Source of the DNA: Candidatus Latescibacterota bacterium
Lineage (GTDB): Bacteria > Latescibacterota > UBA2968 > UBA8231
Assembly (NCBI GenBank): GCA_965248355.1
Contig: OZ252098.1
Location: 2,208,001 to 2,272,000 of the forward strand
Reading direction: 5' to 3'
Length of the DNA stretch: 64,000 nucleotides
The notes under the pieces were generated by a model. It was given only the letters and a program-made list of their open reading frames with translations. It did no database searches and had not been told where the DNA came from. The stretch's first letter is position 1; every line of letters begins with the position of its first letter. Below, one piece after another: positions 19,957 through 29,579 of the stretch. The position numbers were made by a program, and so were the translations under genes.

Positions 19957-20577
19957 ATGCTCCAACTATTCAATGACGGCGGCTGGGCCATGTGGCCGCT
20001 GGTCTTTCTGCTGGCCCTCGGCCTGGCCATCGCCTTCGAGCGGCTCATCACCCTGTCCCGCGCCGCCATCGACGCCAAGGGCTTCTTCGAGCAGTTGGAG
20101 GAGGCCCTGCGCTCCGGCGGGGCCGAGAGCGCCGCCGAGCTGTGCGCCGAGACGCGGGGGCCCGTGGCCAGCGTCATCCACGCCGGCCTGCTGCGGCTGA
20201 ATCGCGGCATCGACAACGTGGAGAAGGCGATCGAGAACGCCGGCGCCGTCCAGATGGCCTTCCTCGAGCGCGGCATGATCTGGTTGTCCACGGTGGCCAA
20301 CCTGGCGCCGATGGTCGGCTTCCTCGGCACGGTGAGCGGCATGATCGGCGCCTTCCAGGCCATCAAGGTCGCCGGAGACGTGGAGCCCTCGCTGGTGGCC
20401 GGCGGCATCTCGGAGGCCCTGATCACCACGGCTTCCGGCCTGATCGTCGGCATCCTGATCCAGTTCTGCTACAACTTCTTCGCCTCGCGCATCGACAAGA
20501 TCATCGCCGACATGCAGGAGCACACGGCGGGCTTCATCGACGTGCTCATCGAGATCGAGCTGAAGGGCAACGAGTGA
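19957..20577 (+). CDS. exbB: MotA/TolQ/ExbB proton channel protein
   Basis: APMVGFLGTVSGMIGAF, GISEALITTASGL. Confidence 0.9.
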   Translation: MLQLFNDGGWAMWPLVFLLALGLAIAFERLITLSRAAIDAKGFFEQLEEALRSGGAESAAELCAETRGPVASVIHAGLLRLNRGIDNVEKAIENAGAVQMAFLERGMIWLSTVANLAPMVGFLGTVSGMIGAFQAIKVAGDVEPSLVAGGISEALITTASGLIVGILIQFCYNFFASRIDKIIADMQEHTAGFIDVLIEIELKGNE

Positions 20578-20993
20578 ACCTGCGCAAACGGGGGAACCGG
20601 GTGCTCCCGGAGATCCCCACCTCCTCCATGGCGGACATCGCCTTCCTGCTGATCGTGTTCTTCCTCGTGACGACGACGATGAATCAGGACAAGGGGCTGT
20701 CGCTGCACCTGCCCCCGATGGCCGAGACCCTGGAGGTGCGGGAGAAGAACATCTGCAACGTGTGGATCAACGACCAGGACCGCATCGCCTACTTCGAGAA
20801 CTCCGCGCTCACGGAGATCGCCTTTTCCGACTTGCGCGCCGACATCCAGCGCCGGCTGGCGGCCAACGAAAAGCTGATCATCTCCCTGAAGGCCCAGCGC
20901 CAGGCCAGCTACCGCATGTTCGTGGACGTCCTCGACGAGCTGAAGCTCGCCGGCGCCACGCGGATCTCGATCGCCGAACCCGAGGGAGGCTGA
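20574..20993 (+). CDS. exbD: ExbD/TolR family protein
   Basis: GTG overlapping exbB stop; IPTSSMADIAFLLIVFFLVTT. Confidence 0.88.
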   Translation: MNLRKRGNRVLPEIPTSSMADIAFLLIVFFLVTTTMNQDKGLSLHLPPMAETLEVREKNICNVWINDQDRIAYFENSALTEIAFSDLRADIQRRLAANEKLIISLKAQRQASYRMFVDVLDELKLAGATRISIAEPEGG

Positions 20994-20999
20994 GGCCCC

Positions 21000-21431
21000 A
21001 TGAGATTTGCCCGCAAGTCCCGGGTGGGAGCCGCGGTGCCCACGGCGTCGATGGCGGACATCGCCTTCCTGCTCCTCGTATTCTTCATGGTTTCCACCGT
21101 GTTCATCCGCTTTCGCGGCATTCCCGTCTCGCTGCCCGAGGCGGAGCGGGTCGAGAAGCTTGAGATGCGCCGTCACGTGACCAGCATCTGGATCGGCGCC
21201 AACGGCGCCGTCAACATCGACGACAAGGCGGTCGCCCTGCAGGACCTGGGTCCCCTGGTCCACGCCAAGCTGACCGCGAATCCCCGTCTGATCATCTCCA
21301 TCAAGGGCGATGGCCGGGCGTCGTTCGGCACCATCTCCGACGTGCTCCAGGAGCTGCGCAAGGTCGAGGCCTTGCGCGTGAACTTCGCCACCAGCCGCGA
21401 GCGCAAGGCCGCGGTGACGGCAGGAGGCTGA
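21000..21431 (+). CDS. exbD: ExbD/TolR family protein (second copy)
   Basis: PTASMADIAFLLLVFFMVST. Confidence 0.88.
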   Translation: MRFARKSRVGAAVPTASMADIAFLLLVFFMVSTVFIRFRGIPVSLPEAERVEKLEMRRHVTSIWIGANGAVNIDDKAVALQDLGPLVHAKLTANPRLIISIKGDGRASFGTISDVLQELRKVEALRVNFATSRERKAAVTAGG

Positions 21432-21434
21432 GAG

Positions 21435-22112
21435 ATGCTGATACGGACAGGCGGGATGGTGCGCACGAAGTTCGCCGAGGCGGATCTGCGTCTCGAGTAC
21501 CGAAAGACCTTCTGGGCCTGCTTCGGGGCGTCCTCGATCGGGCTGGTGCTGGTCATCTTGTTCTGGCCGAGCTTCGAGGCCAAGGCCTACGCCAAGCCCC
21601 AGGAAGCGGTGATCATCCAGCTGGAGGAGATCCCCGAGACCCGGCAGGAGCGCCGCCCGCCGCCGCCGCCTCGGCCTGTGGTGCCCATCGCCTCCACCAG
21701 CGAGGAGATCCCGGAGGATGCCACGATCATGGAGACCGACCTCGACTTCGGCCTCGATGACCTGGCCCCGCCGCCACCCCTCGATGAGCTCAAGACCGAG
21801 GTCGCCCTGGAGGAGGAAGAGGAGGAGATCGTCGAGTACTGGCGGGTGGAGAAACCGCCGAAGCGGAAGAACAACCCAGAGCCCGAATACCCCGAGATCG
21901 CCCGCCGGGCCGGGATCACCGGGAACGTCACCATCCAGGTCCTGGTCGATCGCGAGGGCAAGGTGGAGAAGGTGGGCGAGATCCACGGCAACGAGGTGTT
22001 CCACGAGGCGGCGCGCAAAGCCGCCCTGGCCACCACCTTCACCCCGGCGATCCAGAACGACAAGGCCGTGAAGGTCTGGGTCGCCCTCACCTACAAGTTC
22101 CAGTTTCAATAG
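21435..22112 (+). CDS. tonB: Energy transducer TonB
   Basis: TM anchor, Pro-rich linker, PEYPEIARRAGITG TonB_C domain. Confidence 0.9.
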   Translation: MLIRTGGMVRTKFAEADLRLEYRKTFWACFGASSIGLVLVILFWPSFEAKAYAKPQEAVIIQLEEIPETRQERRPPPPPRPVVPIASTSEEIPEDATIMETDLDFGLDDLAPPPPLDELKTEVALEEEEEEIVEYWRVEKPPKRKNNPEPEYPEIARRAGITGNVTIQVLVDREGKVEKVGEIHGNEVFHEAARKAALATTFTPAIQNDKAVKVWVALTYKFQFQ

Positions 22113-22266
22113 CAGGCCGGTTGCCCTAACTCGCTGTTTTCCTTATGTAGAGACCACTCGCCAGCAGCCGCGGCCCGGCCGTGGCGCTCTCCCCGGCGTC
22201 CTCCCCCACACCCTCTCCCCGCGGCTTCGAACCCCGCCCCCCGGGGTTCGCCCGGAGGTCGGGACC

Positions 22267-22716
22267 ATGCGCTGCCCCTTCTGCAATACCGTGGACGACC
22301 GCGTCGTCGACTCTCGCTCCTGCCGTGACGGTCAGGCCATCCGCCGCCGCCGCGAATGCACGAGTTGCAGCCAGCGGTTCACCACCTACGAGTACATCGA
22401 GCATGCCCCGCTCACCGTCATCAAGCGGGACGGCAACCGTGAGCCCTTCGACCGCTCGAAGCTGCAGGCCAAGATCGAGCTGGCCTGCTACAAGACGAGC
22501 GTCTCCAGCGATCTCATTGAGGAGCTGATGGATCAGGTCGAGTCGGAGCTCGGGAACCGGGCCGAGAGAGAGATCCCGAGCAAGCAGATCGGGGAGCTGG
22601 TGATGGAGGGGCTGAAGGACCTCAACGATGTGGCCTATGTGCGGTTCGCCTCGGTCTACCGGCAGTTCAAGGACCGGCAGGACTTCGTCCGGGAGCTCGA
22701 GCAGCTCTCCAACTGA
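22267..22716 (+). CDS. nrdR: Transcriptional repressor NrdR
   Basis: MRCPFC...VVDSR...IRRRREC..C..RFTTYE, ATP cone, VAYVRFASVYR. Confidence 0.97.
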   Translation: MRCPFCNTVDDRVVDSRSCRDGQAIRRRRECTSCSQRFTTYEYIEHAPLTVIKRDGNREPFDRSKLQAKIELACYKTSVSSDLIEELMDQVESELGNRAEREIPSKQIGELVMEGLKDLNDVAYVRFASVYRQFKDRQDFVRELEQLSN

Positions 22717-22820
22717 CCCCTCTGCGGAGAGCCGGCCCGGCCGCCGCGGGCCTCGCCCGGCGGCCCCTCCACCTGTCCCGTGGCGCCTTCCACGCCGTCC
22801 ACCGGGGGCCGAGAAACCCC

Positions 22821-22850
22821 TTGACAAGCCGGAATCGGGGCCTGTATATT
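22821..22850 (+). promoter_or_regulatory. sigma70 promoter of nrdJ
   Basis: TTGACA-18 nt-TATATT. Confidence 0.65.
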
Positions 22851-22870
22851 CGCCCCGTTGTTGCGCCGTG

Positions 22871-22920
22871 CCACAAGATCTTGTGTACCGCGTAACCTAT
22901 GTGACCGCCAGATCATGTGG
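22871..22920 (+). promoter_or_regulatory. Tandem NrdR boxes
   Basis: CCACAAGATCTTGTGT (22871-22886) and CCGCCAGATCATGTGG (22905-22920) match the palindromic acaCwAtATaTwGtg-type consensus, between nrdR and nrdJ. Confidence 0.75.
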
Positions 22921-23057
22921 CCGAATTGCAGACGACCTCTCGCTCTCCCCGACGTAACATCCTGTAAACACGATAGTTAGTTCCAGTTATGCCGATGCTT
23001 TCCGTATGGAGGCACGGCAGCAGGGGCTTTTGGTCGTACCCTAGGGAGATTTCGAGC

Positions 23058-25451
23058 ATGTCCACCGAACACTCCGCAGCCGATCCAAGCGCCTCCGACG
23101 TGCCGGCAGGTGTCCACCGCATGGAAGACCTCCTGGCCCAGCTCGAGGGGCACGGGTACCAGTGCAACGGCCACGAGGAGGTCCTGCGTCGCGCCGCCGA
23201 CGCCGAGACCTACTACGGCGACAACGACCTGGCCATCGACGTGCTGCGTTCCAAGTACCTGGCACCGGGCGAGACCGGGCCGTTGCAGGTGTGGGATCGC
23301 GTCGCCCGGGCCATGGCCTCGGTAGAGGCGAACCCGCAGGTCTGGTACGACCGCTTCTTCTCCCTGCTGATCGACTTCAAGTTCATCCCCGGCGGGCGGG
23401 TCATGCACGGCGCCGGCCGCGACGAGGCCAGGCGCAAGCCGACCTTGTCGAACTGCTACGTCATCCCCATCCGGGAGGACAGCCTCGAAGGTATCTACAC
23501 CTGCCTCAAGGAGTCCGCCCTGGTCTACCGGACCGGCGGCGGCGTCGGTACGGACCTGTCGATCCTGCGGCCCAAGGGAGCGCCGGTGAACGCCACCGTC
23601 GACCAGTCGCCGGGGTGCACGGCGTTCATGAACCTGCTGTCGGAGAGCACCAACGCCGTCTCCCAGGCCGGGCGCCGCGGGGCGTTGATGCTCACCCTGC
23701 GCGTGGACCACCCCGACATCGTCGACTTCATCACGATCAAGAACGACACCAGCCGGACCAAGGTGCAGTACGCCAACATCAGCGTGCTCATCACCCACGA
23801 GTTCATGCAGGCCGTCATCGACGACGCCGACTTCGACCTGCGCTGGGGCGGTGAGGTCTACCAGACGCTGAGAGCCCGGGACCTCTGGGACAGGATCATC
23901 ACCAACGCCCACGCCAGCGCCGAACCCGGAATCATCTTCTGGGACACGATGCGGGAGCATCACAACGTCGAGTACGCCAATCCGCTGGTGAGCACGAATC
24001 CCTGCGGCGAGCAGCCCCTGGCCTCGTACACGGCCTGCAACCTCGGCAACCTCAACCTCGCGAAGTTCGTCGGCGAGGACGGCCTCATCGATTACGAGGA
24101 TCTGGCCGAGTCGGCGCGCGTGGCGACGCGGTTCCTCGATGACGTCATCGACTACAACATGCCCAACCACGCGCTCCCGAAGATCGAGAAGGCCGTGGCC
24201 TCCGACCGGCGCGTGGGGCTGGGCATCACCGGGCTGGCCGACGCGCTGGTGCTCATGGGGCTCAAGTACGACTCCGACGAGGCCCTCGAGGCGGTCGAGA
24301 AGATCATGCGCACCATCTCCCACTGCGCGTACGAGACGTCGATCGACATCGCCCGCGAGAAGGGTGCCTTCCCGCTGTTCGATTGGGAAGGGGTGGCCCG
24401 GAGCCGGTTCGTCCAGGATCTGCCGAGGGCGATGCAGGATCGCATCCGCGAGCACGGGCTGCGCAACTCCACCCTGATCACGGTACCCCCGGTGGGGACC
24501 GGATCGATCGTGGCCCAGACGTCCTCGGGCGTGGAGCCGATCTTCTGCACCAGCTATAAGCGGCGGGTCAAGCAGGAGGACGGCGAGAGCTTCCGCGAGT
24601 ACAAGGTCTACCATCCCCTGGTGCGCGACCTCTTCGGCGGCGACGAGAACCTGCCCGGGCACTTGGTGACGGCCCACGACATCGACCCCTACTTCCGGGT
24701 CAGGATGCAGGGCGTGATCCAGCGCTACACGGACAGCTCGATCTCGTCGACGATCAACCTGGCCGAGGAGACCTCGGTGGAGACGGTGGCCGACATCTAC
24801 GTCACCGCCTACAAGGAAGGCCTGAAGGGCGTTACGGTGTACCGTGAGGGCTGCCGGCAGGGGATCCTGCAGACGGAGAAGAAGGAGCCGCCGGCTCCTT
24901 CCGCCGGGCCGGAGGCGCCGGCGGAAGGAGCCGCCCCGGGCGCCGGACACCACCCGCGTCAGCGGCCGGCGGTCACCCGAGGCGTCACCGAGCGGGTGAG
25001 CACGGGCGAAGGCAACATCTTCGTCACCATCAACGAGGACGAGCACGGGATCTGTGAGATCTTCAGCACCATAGGGAAAGCGGGCGGCAATGCGGCGGCC
25101 CAGTCGGAGGCGATCAGCCGGCTGATCTCCATCGCCCTGCGTTCGGGCATCGACCCGCAGGAGATCATCGATCAGTTGAAGGGGATCTCCGGACCGAGTC
25201 CGGTGTGGGAGAAGGGCGAGCTGATCCTGTCCACGCCGGACGCCATCGGGCGGGCCCTGGAGCGTTACCTGCATCGGCGGGACGGCAGCGACATGCCACA
25301 CCCCTTGCAGGTCGGTTCCGAGGCCTCGGCGGCCGGCCCCGGCGGGGTCAGCGCTCCGACGACCCTGGCCACCTGCCCCGAGTGCGGCTCCACCGTATCC
25401 CACGAGGCCAGCTGTCTGACCTGCAAGCACTGCGGGTGGTCGAAATGCTGA
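23058..25451 (+). CDS. nrdJ: Adenosylcobalamin-dependent (class II) ribonucleotide reductase
   Basis: TLSNCYV, GGGVG, STNPCGEQPL, PPVGT, KGVTVYR, C-terminal TSCPD-like domain and CPEC...C..CGWSKC zinc ribbon. Confidence 0.92.
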   Translation: MSTEHSAADPSASDVPAGVHRMEDLLAQLEGHGYQCNGHEEVLRRAADAETYYGDNDLAIDVLRSKYLAPGETGPLQVWDRVARAMASVEANPQVWYDRFFSLLIDFKFIPGGRVMHGAGRDEARRKPTLSNCYVIPIREDSLEGIYTCLKESALVYRTGGGVGTDLSILRPKGAPVNATVDQSPGCTAFMNLLSESTNAVSQAGRRGALMLTLRVDHPDIVDFITIKNDTSRTKVQYANISVLITHEFMQAVIDDADFDLRWGGEVYQTLRARDLWDRIITNAHASAEPGIIFWDTMREHHNVEYANPLVSTNPCGEQPLASYTACNLGNLNLAKFVGEDGLIDYEDLAESARVATRFLDDVIDYNMPNHALPKIEKAVASDRRVGLGITGLADALVLMGLKYDSDEALEAVEKIMRTISHCAYETSIDIAREKGAFPLFDWEGVARSRFVQDLPRAMQDRIREHGLRNSTLITVPPVGTGSIVAQTSSGVEPIFCTSYKRRVKQEDGESFREYKVYHPLVRDLFGGDENLPGHLVTAHDIDPYFRVRMQGVIQRYTDSSISSTINLAEETSVETVADIYVTAYKEGLKGVTVYREGCRQGILQTEKKEPPAPSAGPEAPAEGAAPGAGHHPRQRPAVTRGVTERVSTGEGNIFVTINEDEHGICEIFSTIGKAGGNAAAQSEAISRLISIALRSGIDPQEIIDQLKGISGPSPVWEKGELILSTPDAIGRALERYLHRRDGSDMPHPLQVGSEASAAGPGGVSAPTTLATCPECGSTVSHEASCLTCKHCGWSKC

Positions 25452-25532
25452 GCGGAGGTCCCTTGTGACCGCGAGTCCGGCCCATTGACCCGGGCGCGGC
25501 ACCGTCACATCAGTGGCGGTGCCGTTCTCGTT

Positions 25533-26291
25533 CTAGCGAACCTCGAGGACCAGGCCGTCGTAGGCGAGTTCGACCCTCTCGGGCAGGTAGTCGTTGGTGG
25601 CCTGATGGTCGAGATCGTGGGCGATGTGAGTGAAGTAGGCTTGGCGCGGAGCCAGCTCGGCCACGACCTCGAGGGCTTCGTCGACGGTGAAGTGGGTGGG
25701 ATGGCCCTGGTGGCGCAAGGCGCCGAGGACGAGGATGTCGAGGCCGCGCAACTGGCCCATGGCTTCGTCCGGGATGGCGTTGCAGTCGGTCACGTAGGCG
25801 AACCGTCCGATGCGGAAGGCGAGCACGGGAAGCCGCCCGTGCATCACGGTCACCGGCTGGATGTGCAGGCCGAAGAGATCGAGATCCCCCTGGATCGGAT
25901 GCAGAGACATGCGCGGCACCGCCTGGGCCCAGGCCGAGTCGAAGGCGTAGTCGAAGACCCGGGTTATGCGGTCGAGGGTGGGCCGGTCGCCGTAGACGGG
26001 GATCGGCTCGTCGCGCCCGAAGCAGTACGAGCGCACGTCGTCGAGGCCGTGGAGATGGTCGGCATGGCCGTGGGTGAACAGCACGGCATCGACGCGCCGC
26101 AGGTCCTGGCGCAGGGCCTGGGTGCGCAAGTCGGGCGGCGTGTCGACCAGGATCGACCGGCCGAGGTGCTCGATGGCGATGGCGCATCGCAGGCGCTTGT
26201 TGCGCGGGTCGGTCGAGGTGCAGACCCCGCACTCGCAGGCGATGCGGGGCACGCCGACGGAGGTGCCCGTGCCGAGGAAGGTAACCTGCAT
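25533..26291 (-). CDS. MBL-fold metallohydrolase (PhnP-like)
   Basis: FLGTGTSVGVP..C.C..C, THGHADHLHGLDD. Confidence 0.9.
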   Translation of the reverse strand: MQVTFLGTGTSVGVPRIACECGVCTSTDPRNKRLRCAIAIEHLGRSILVDTPPDLRTQALRQDLRRVDAVLFTHGHADHLHGLDDVRSYCFGRDEPIPVYGDRPTLDRITRVFDYAFDSAWAQAVPRMSLHPIQGDLDLFGLHIQPVTVMHGRLPVLAFRIGRFAYVTDCNAIPDEAMGQLRGLDILVLGALRHQGHPTHFTVDEALEVVAELAPRQAYFTHIAHDLDHQATNDYLPERVELAYDGLVLEVR

Positions 26292-27073
26292 CAGACGGTC
26301 AGCCCGCCGAACCGAGGGCGGCCCCCCCCGGGGGCCAGGGTCAGGAGACTCGGTCCGTCCTCGGTGACGGCCACGGTGTGCTCGAAGTGCGCGGCGAAGG
26401 AGCCGTCCTTTGTGCGCGTGGTCCAGCCATCCTCGTCGACGACGACCTCGGCCCCCCCGAGACTGAGGATCGGCTCGATGGCGAGGACGTGTCCCGGCTT
26501 CAGGCGGGGGCCGCGCCCGGGGGCGCCATGGTTCGGCAGATGGGGATCCTCGTGCAGGTGTCGTCCGATACCGTGCCCCCCGTACTCGCGAATGACGCAG
26601 ACGCCTCCGGCCACGGCGGCCGACTCGACGGCGTGCGAGATGTCCGACAGGCGGTTCCCCGGGCGGGCGGCGTCGACGCCGGCGCGCAGGGCGGCTCTCG
26701 TCGTACCCACCAGGCCTCGGACCCGGCGGTCGACGCATCCGAGGGAGACGGTGAAGGCCCCGTCGCCGAACCACCCGTCGAGCTGCACGCCCACGTCGAC
26801 GCACAGCAGATCGCCGTCCTTCAGGGGCTCGGGACGCGGCAAGCCGTGCACCGCCTCGTCGTTGACGGAGGCGCAGATCGACGCCGGGAAGCCTTGATAG
26901 CCCTTGAAGGCCGGCTCGCCGCCGAGGTCGCGGATCGTGGTCTCGGCCAACTCGTCCAGGAGGAGTGTGGACACCCCGGGACCGGCCGCGGCCTCGAGGG
27001 CGATCTGCACTTCATGCACGACGGCACAGGCCGCGCGGATCCCTTCGATTTCGCTGGGGCTGCGACGATGCAA
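26291..27073 (-). CDS. map: Type I methionyl aminopeptidase
   Basis: FPASICASVN...HGLP, GHGIG..LHEDP, AIEP, AHFEHT; probable TTG start at 27073. Confidence 0.93.
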   Translation of the reverse strand: MHRRSPSEIEGIRAACAVVHEVQIALEAAAGPGVSTLLLDELAETTIRDLGGEPAFKGYQGFPASICASVNDEAVHGLPRPEPLKDGDLLCVDVGVQLDGWFGDGAFTVSLGCVDRRVRGLVGTTRAALRAGVDAARPGNRLSDISHAVESAAVAGGVCVIREYGGHGIGRHLHEDPHLPNHGAPGRGPRLKPGHVLAIEPILSLGGAEVVVDEDGWTTRTKDGSFAAHFEHTVAVTEDGPSLLTLAPGGGRPRFGGLTV

Positions 27074-27344
27074 GGGCCCTCGACTGGCCGGCTTGGAAGA
27101 GTGGATTCGAAGCGTAACCAAACACGGGGAGAGATTCAGTCTCGTCAAGATGGTGTCCGGCCTCTCGCCGGCCCCGGGCACCGCCCGCCCCGGGAGAGAG
27201 GCCCGAGATCTTCATTGCGGATCACTCCACCCCTGGTTATCTTGCGAGACCGGCGGCCTTGGGCGGGCCTCGTTTGGTCCCCGCCTTCAGGGCCGCGTCC
27301 TTTTTCATCCCAAGCTCTGAACAAAGCGAAACATATCACCGGAC

Positions 27345-29579
27345 ATGGGTAAATCACTCGTTGTCGTTGAGTCGCCGGCCAAGGCGACGACCATCAACAA
27401 GATCCTCGGTCGCGATTTCGTCGTGAAGTCGTGCATGGGACACGTGCGCGATCTGCCGCCGAAGGAACTCGGCGTCGACGTGGACAAGGACTTCATGCCC
27501 CGCTACGTGACCATCCGCGGCAAGGGGAAGATCCTCACCGATCTCAAACGCGCGGCGCAGAAGGCGGACACCATCTACCTGGCTACGGACCCCGACCGCG
27601 AGGGCGAGGCCATCGCCTGGCACGTGGCCCATGCGATCGCGCGCAAGGACATCGAGGTCAAGCGGATCCTGTTCAACGAGATCACGCCGAAGGCGGTCCT
27701 CCAGTCGATCAACGGGTCCGGCGTCCTCGACCTCTGCAAGGTCAACGCCCAGCAGGCCCGGCGCGTCCTCGACCGGCTCGTGGGCTACGAGATCAGTCCC
27801 CTCCTTTGGAAGGTCATTCACGCCGGTCTGTCCGCGGGGCGCGTGCAGTCCGTTGCCCTGCGCCTGATCTGTGAGCGGGACGCCGAGATCGCCGCTTTCC
27901 AGCGCCAGGAGTACTGGTCCATCGACGCCTTGCTCGGCCACGCCACCGACGACGGCGAGGCGACCTTCAAGTCGCGCGTGCTGCAGTACAAGGGCAAGAA
28001 GCTCGAGATCGCCGACCAGGAGACGACCGAAGGCATCATCGCGGCCCTCCGGGATGCGACCTTCACAGTCAAGTCGGTCAAGCATCGCGAGCAGCGGCGC
28101 CGGCCCGCGCCGCCCTTCATCACCAGCACCCTGCAACAGGAAGCGGCGCGCAAGCTGAGGTTCTCGGTGAAGCGCACCATGGCGGTGGCCCAACAGCTCT
28201 ACGAGGGCATCGAGCTCGTGGGCGAGACGGTGGGGCTCATCACCTACATGCGCACCGACTCGGTCCGCGTCTCCGACGAGGCGATCAGCGAGGTGCGCGC
28301 CGAGATTGGAAAGCGCTTCGGTCCGGAGTACGTGCCCGCGAAACCCACTGCCTACAAGACCCGCCGCGGCGCCCAGGACGCGCACGAGGCGATCCGTTCC
28401 ACCTCGGTGGAACGCACGCCCGACGAGATGAAGAAGCACCTGTCCCCCGATCAACGGCGGCTGTACGAGTTGATCTGGAAGCGCTTCGTCGCCTCCCAGA
28501 TGGAGCCCCAGGTGATGAACATCATCAGCGCCGACATCGGCGCCGGCGACTACCTGCTGCGGGCCACGGGCTCGCAGGTGAGGTTCCCCGGCTTCACCGT
28601 TCTCTACACCGAGAGCAAGGAGGAGGAGGACGAGGAGGAGAACATCCAGGTGCCGGCCGACCTGGCCGAGGGAGAGAAGCTCACCCTGAAGAAGCTGCTG
28701 CCCGAGCAGCACTTCACCAAGCCGCCGCCCCACTACTCCGAGGCGTCGCTGGTGAAGGAGCTGGAGGCCAAGGGGATCGGCCGGCCGAGCACGTACGCCC
28801 AGATCATCTCCACCCTGCAGGACCGGGAGTACGTGGAGAAGATGGACAACCGCTACTTCGAGGCCACCGAGCGCGGCCAGACGGTCAACAAGCTCCTCGT
28901 GGCCACCTTCCCCAACATCTTCGACGTCGAGTTCACGGCCCGCATGGAGGACGAGCTCGACCGCATCGAGGATGGCCAGGAGGACTGGGTCGCCTCGGTC
29001 CGCCAGTTCTACGGCTCGTGGAAGGGAACCCTCGAAGAGGCCAACGCGCGGCGCAGAGAGTTGAAGCAGTCCTTCCAGCAGGAGACCGACATCCCCTGCC
29101 AGGAGTGCGGGCGCAACATGGTCGTAAAGTGGGGACGCAACGGGCGCTTCCTCGCCTGCCCGGGGTATCCGCAGTGCAAGAACACGAAACCCCTGGAGGA
29201 ACAGCGCGAGCAGGTGAAGACCGACGAGGTCTGTGACCTGTGCGCCAAGCCGATGGTGGTGAAGACGGGCCGGTACGGCCGGTTCCTGGCCTGCTCCGGG
29301 TATCCCGACTGCCACAACGTGAAGCCCTTCTCCCTGGGCATCGCCTGCCCGGACTGCGAGGAGGGCGAGATGGTGGAGAAGCAGTCGCGCAAGGGCAAGG
29401 TGTTCTTCGGCTGCAGCCTGTACCCGAAGTGCAAGTTCGCCAGTTGGGACAAGCCGGTGGAAGGCCCGTGCCCGCAGTGCGAGGCGCCCCTGCTGTACGA
29501 GAAGGCCAGCCGCGGCGGCCCTCCTTCCCTCCACTGCAAGGTGTGCGACCGCCGCTTCGAGAACACGCAGGCCGCCTGA
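27345..29579 (+). CDS. topA: DNA topoisomerase I
   Basis: VVVESPAKA, ATDPDREGEAI, SAGRVQS, ITYMRTDS, GIGRPSTY, C4 zinc ribbons. Confidence 0.97.
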   Translation: MGKSLVVVESPAKATTINKILGRDFVVKSCMGHVRDLPPKELGVDVDKDFMPRYVTIRGKGKILTDLKRAAQKADTIYLATDPDREGEAIAWHVAHAIARKDIEVKRILFNEITPKAVLQSINGSGVLDLCKVNAQQARRVLDRLVGYEISPLLWKVIHAGLSAGRVQSVALRLICERDAEIAAFQRQEYWSIDALLGHATDDGEATFKSRVLQYKGKKLEIADQETTEGIIAALRDATFTVKSVKHREQRRRPAPPFITSTLQQEAARKLRFSVKRTMAVAQQLYEGIELVGETVGLITYMRTDSVRVSDEAISEVRAEIGKRFGPEYVPAKPTAYKTRRGAQDAHEAIRSTSVERTPDEMKKHLSPDQRRLYELIWKRFVASQMEPQVMNIISADIGAGDYLLRATGSQVRFPGFTVLYTESKEEEDEEENIQVPADLAEGEKLTLKKLLPEQHFTKPPPHYSEASLVKELEAKGIGRPSTYAQIISTLQDREYVEKMDNRYFEATERGQTVNKLLVATFPNIFDVEFTARMEDELDRIEDGQEDWVASVRQFYGSWKGTLEEANARRRELKQSFQQETDIPCQECGRNMVVKWGRNGRFLACPGYPQCKNTKPLEEQREQVKTDEVCDLCAKPMVVKTGRYGRFLACSGYPDCHNVKPFSLGIACPDCEEGEMVEKQSRKGKVFFGCSLYPKCKFASWDKPVEGPCPQCEAPLLYEKASRGGPPSLHCKVCDRRFENTQAA

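Noticed and set aside
22215..22250. TTCGAACCCC T-loop-like sequence upstream of nrdR
   Set aside because: No D-arm, anticodon arm or acceptor stem; not a tRNA
22920..23057. Cobalamin riboswitch before nrdJ
   Set aside because: No B12-box or GCCACTG core recognisable
23058..25451. Intein or intron in nrdJ
   Set aside because: Normal length, contiguous NPCGE motif, no splice motifs
29240..29575. 113-codon N-terminal extension of the Xer-like ORF in the ORF track
   Set aside because: It overlaps the topA zinc ribbons in another frame, with low-complexity sequence and no homology cues
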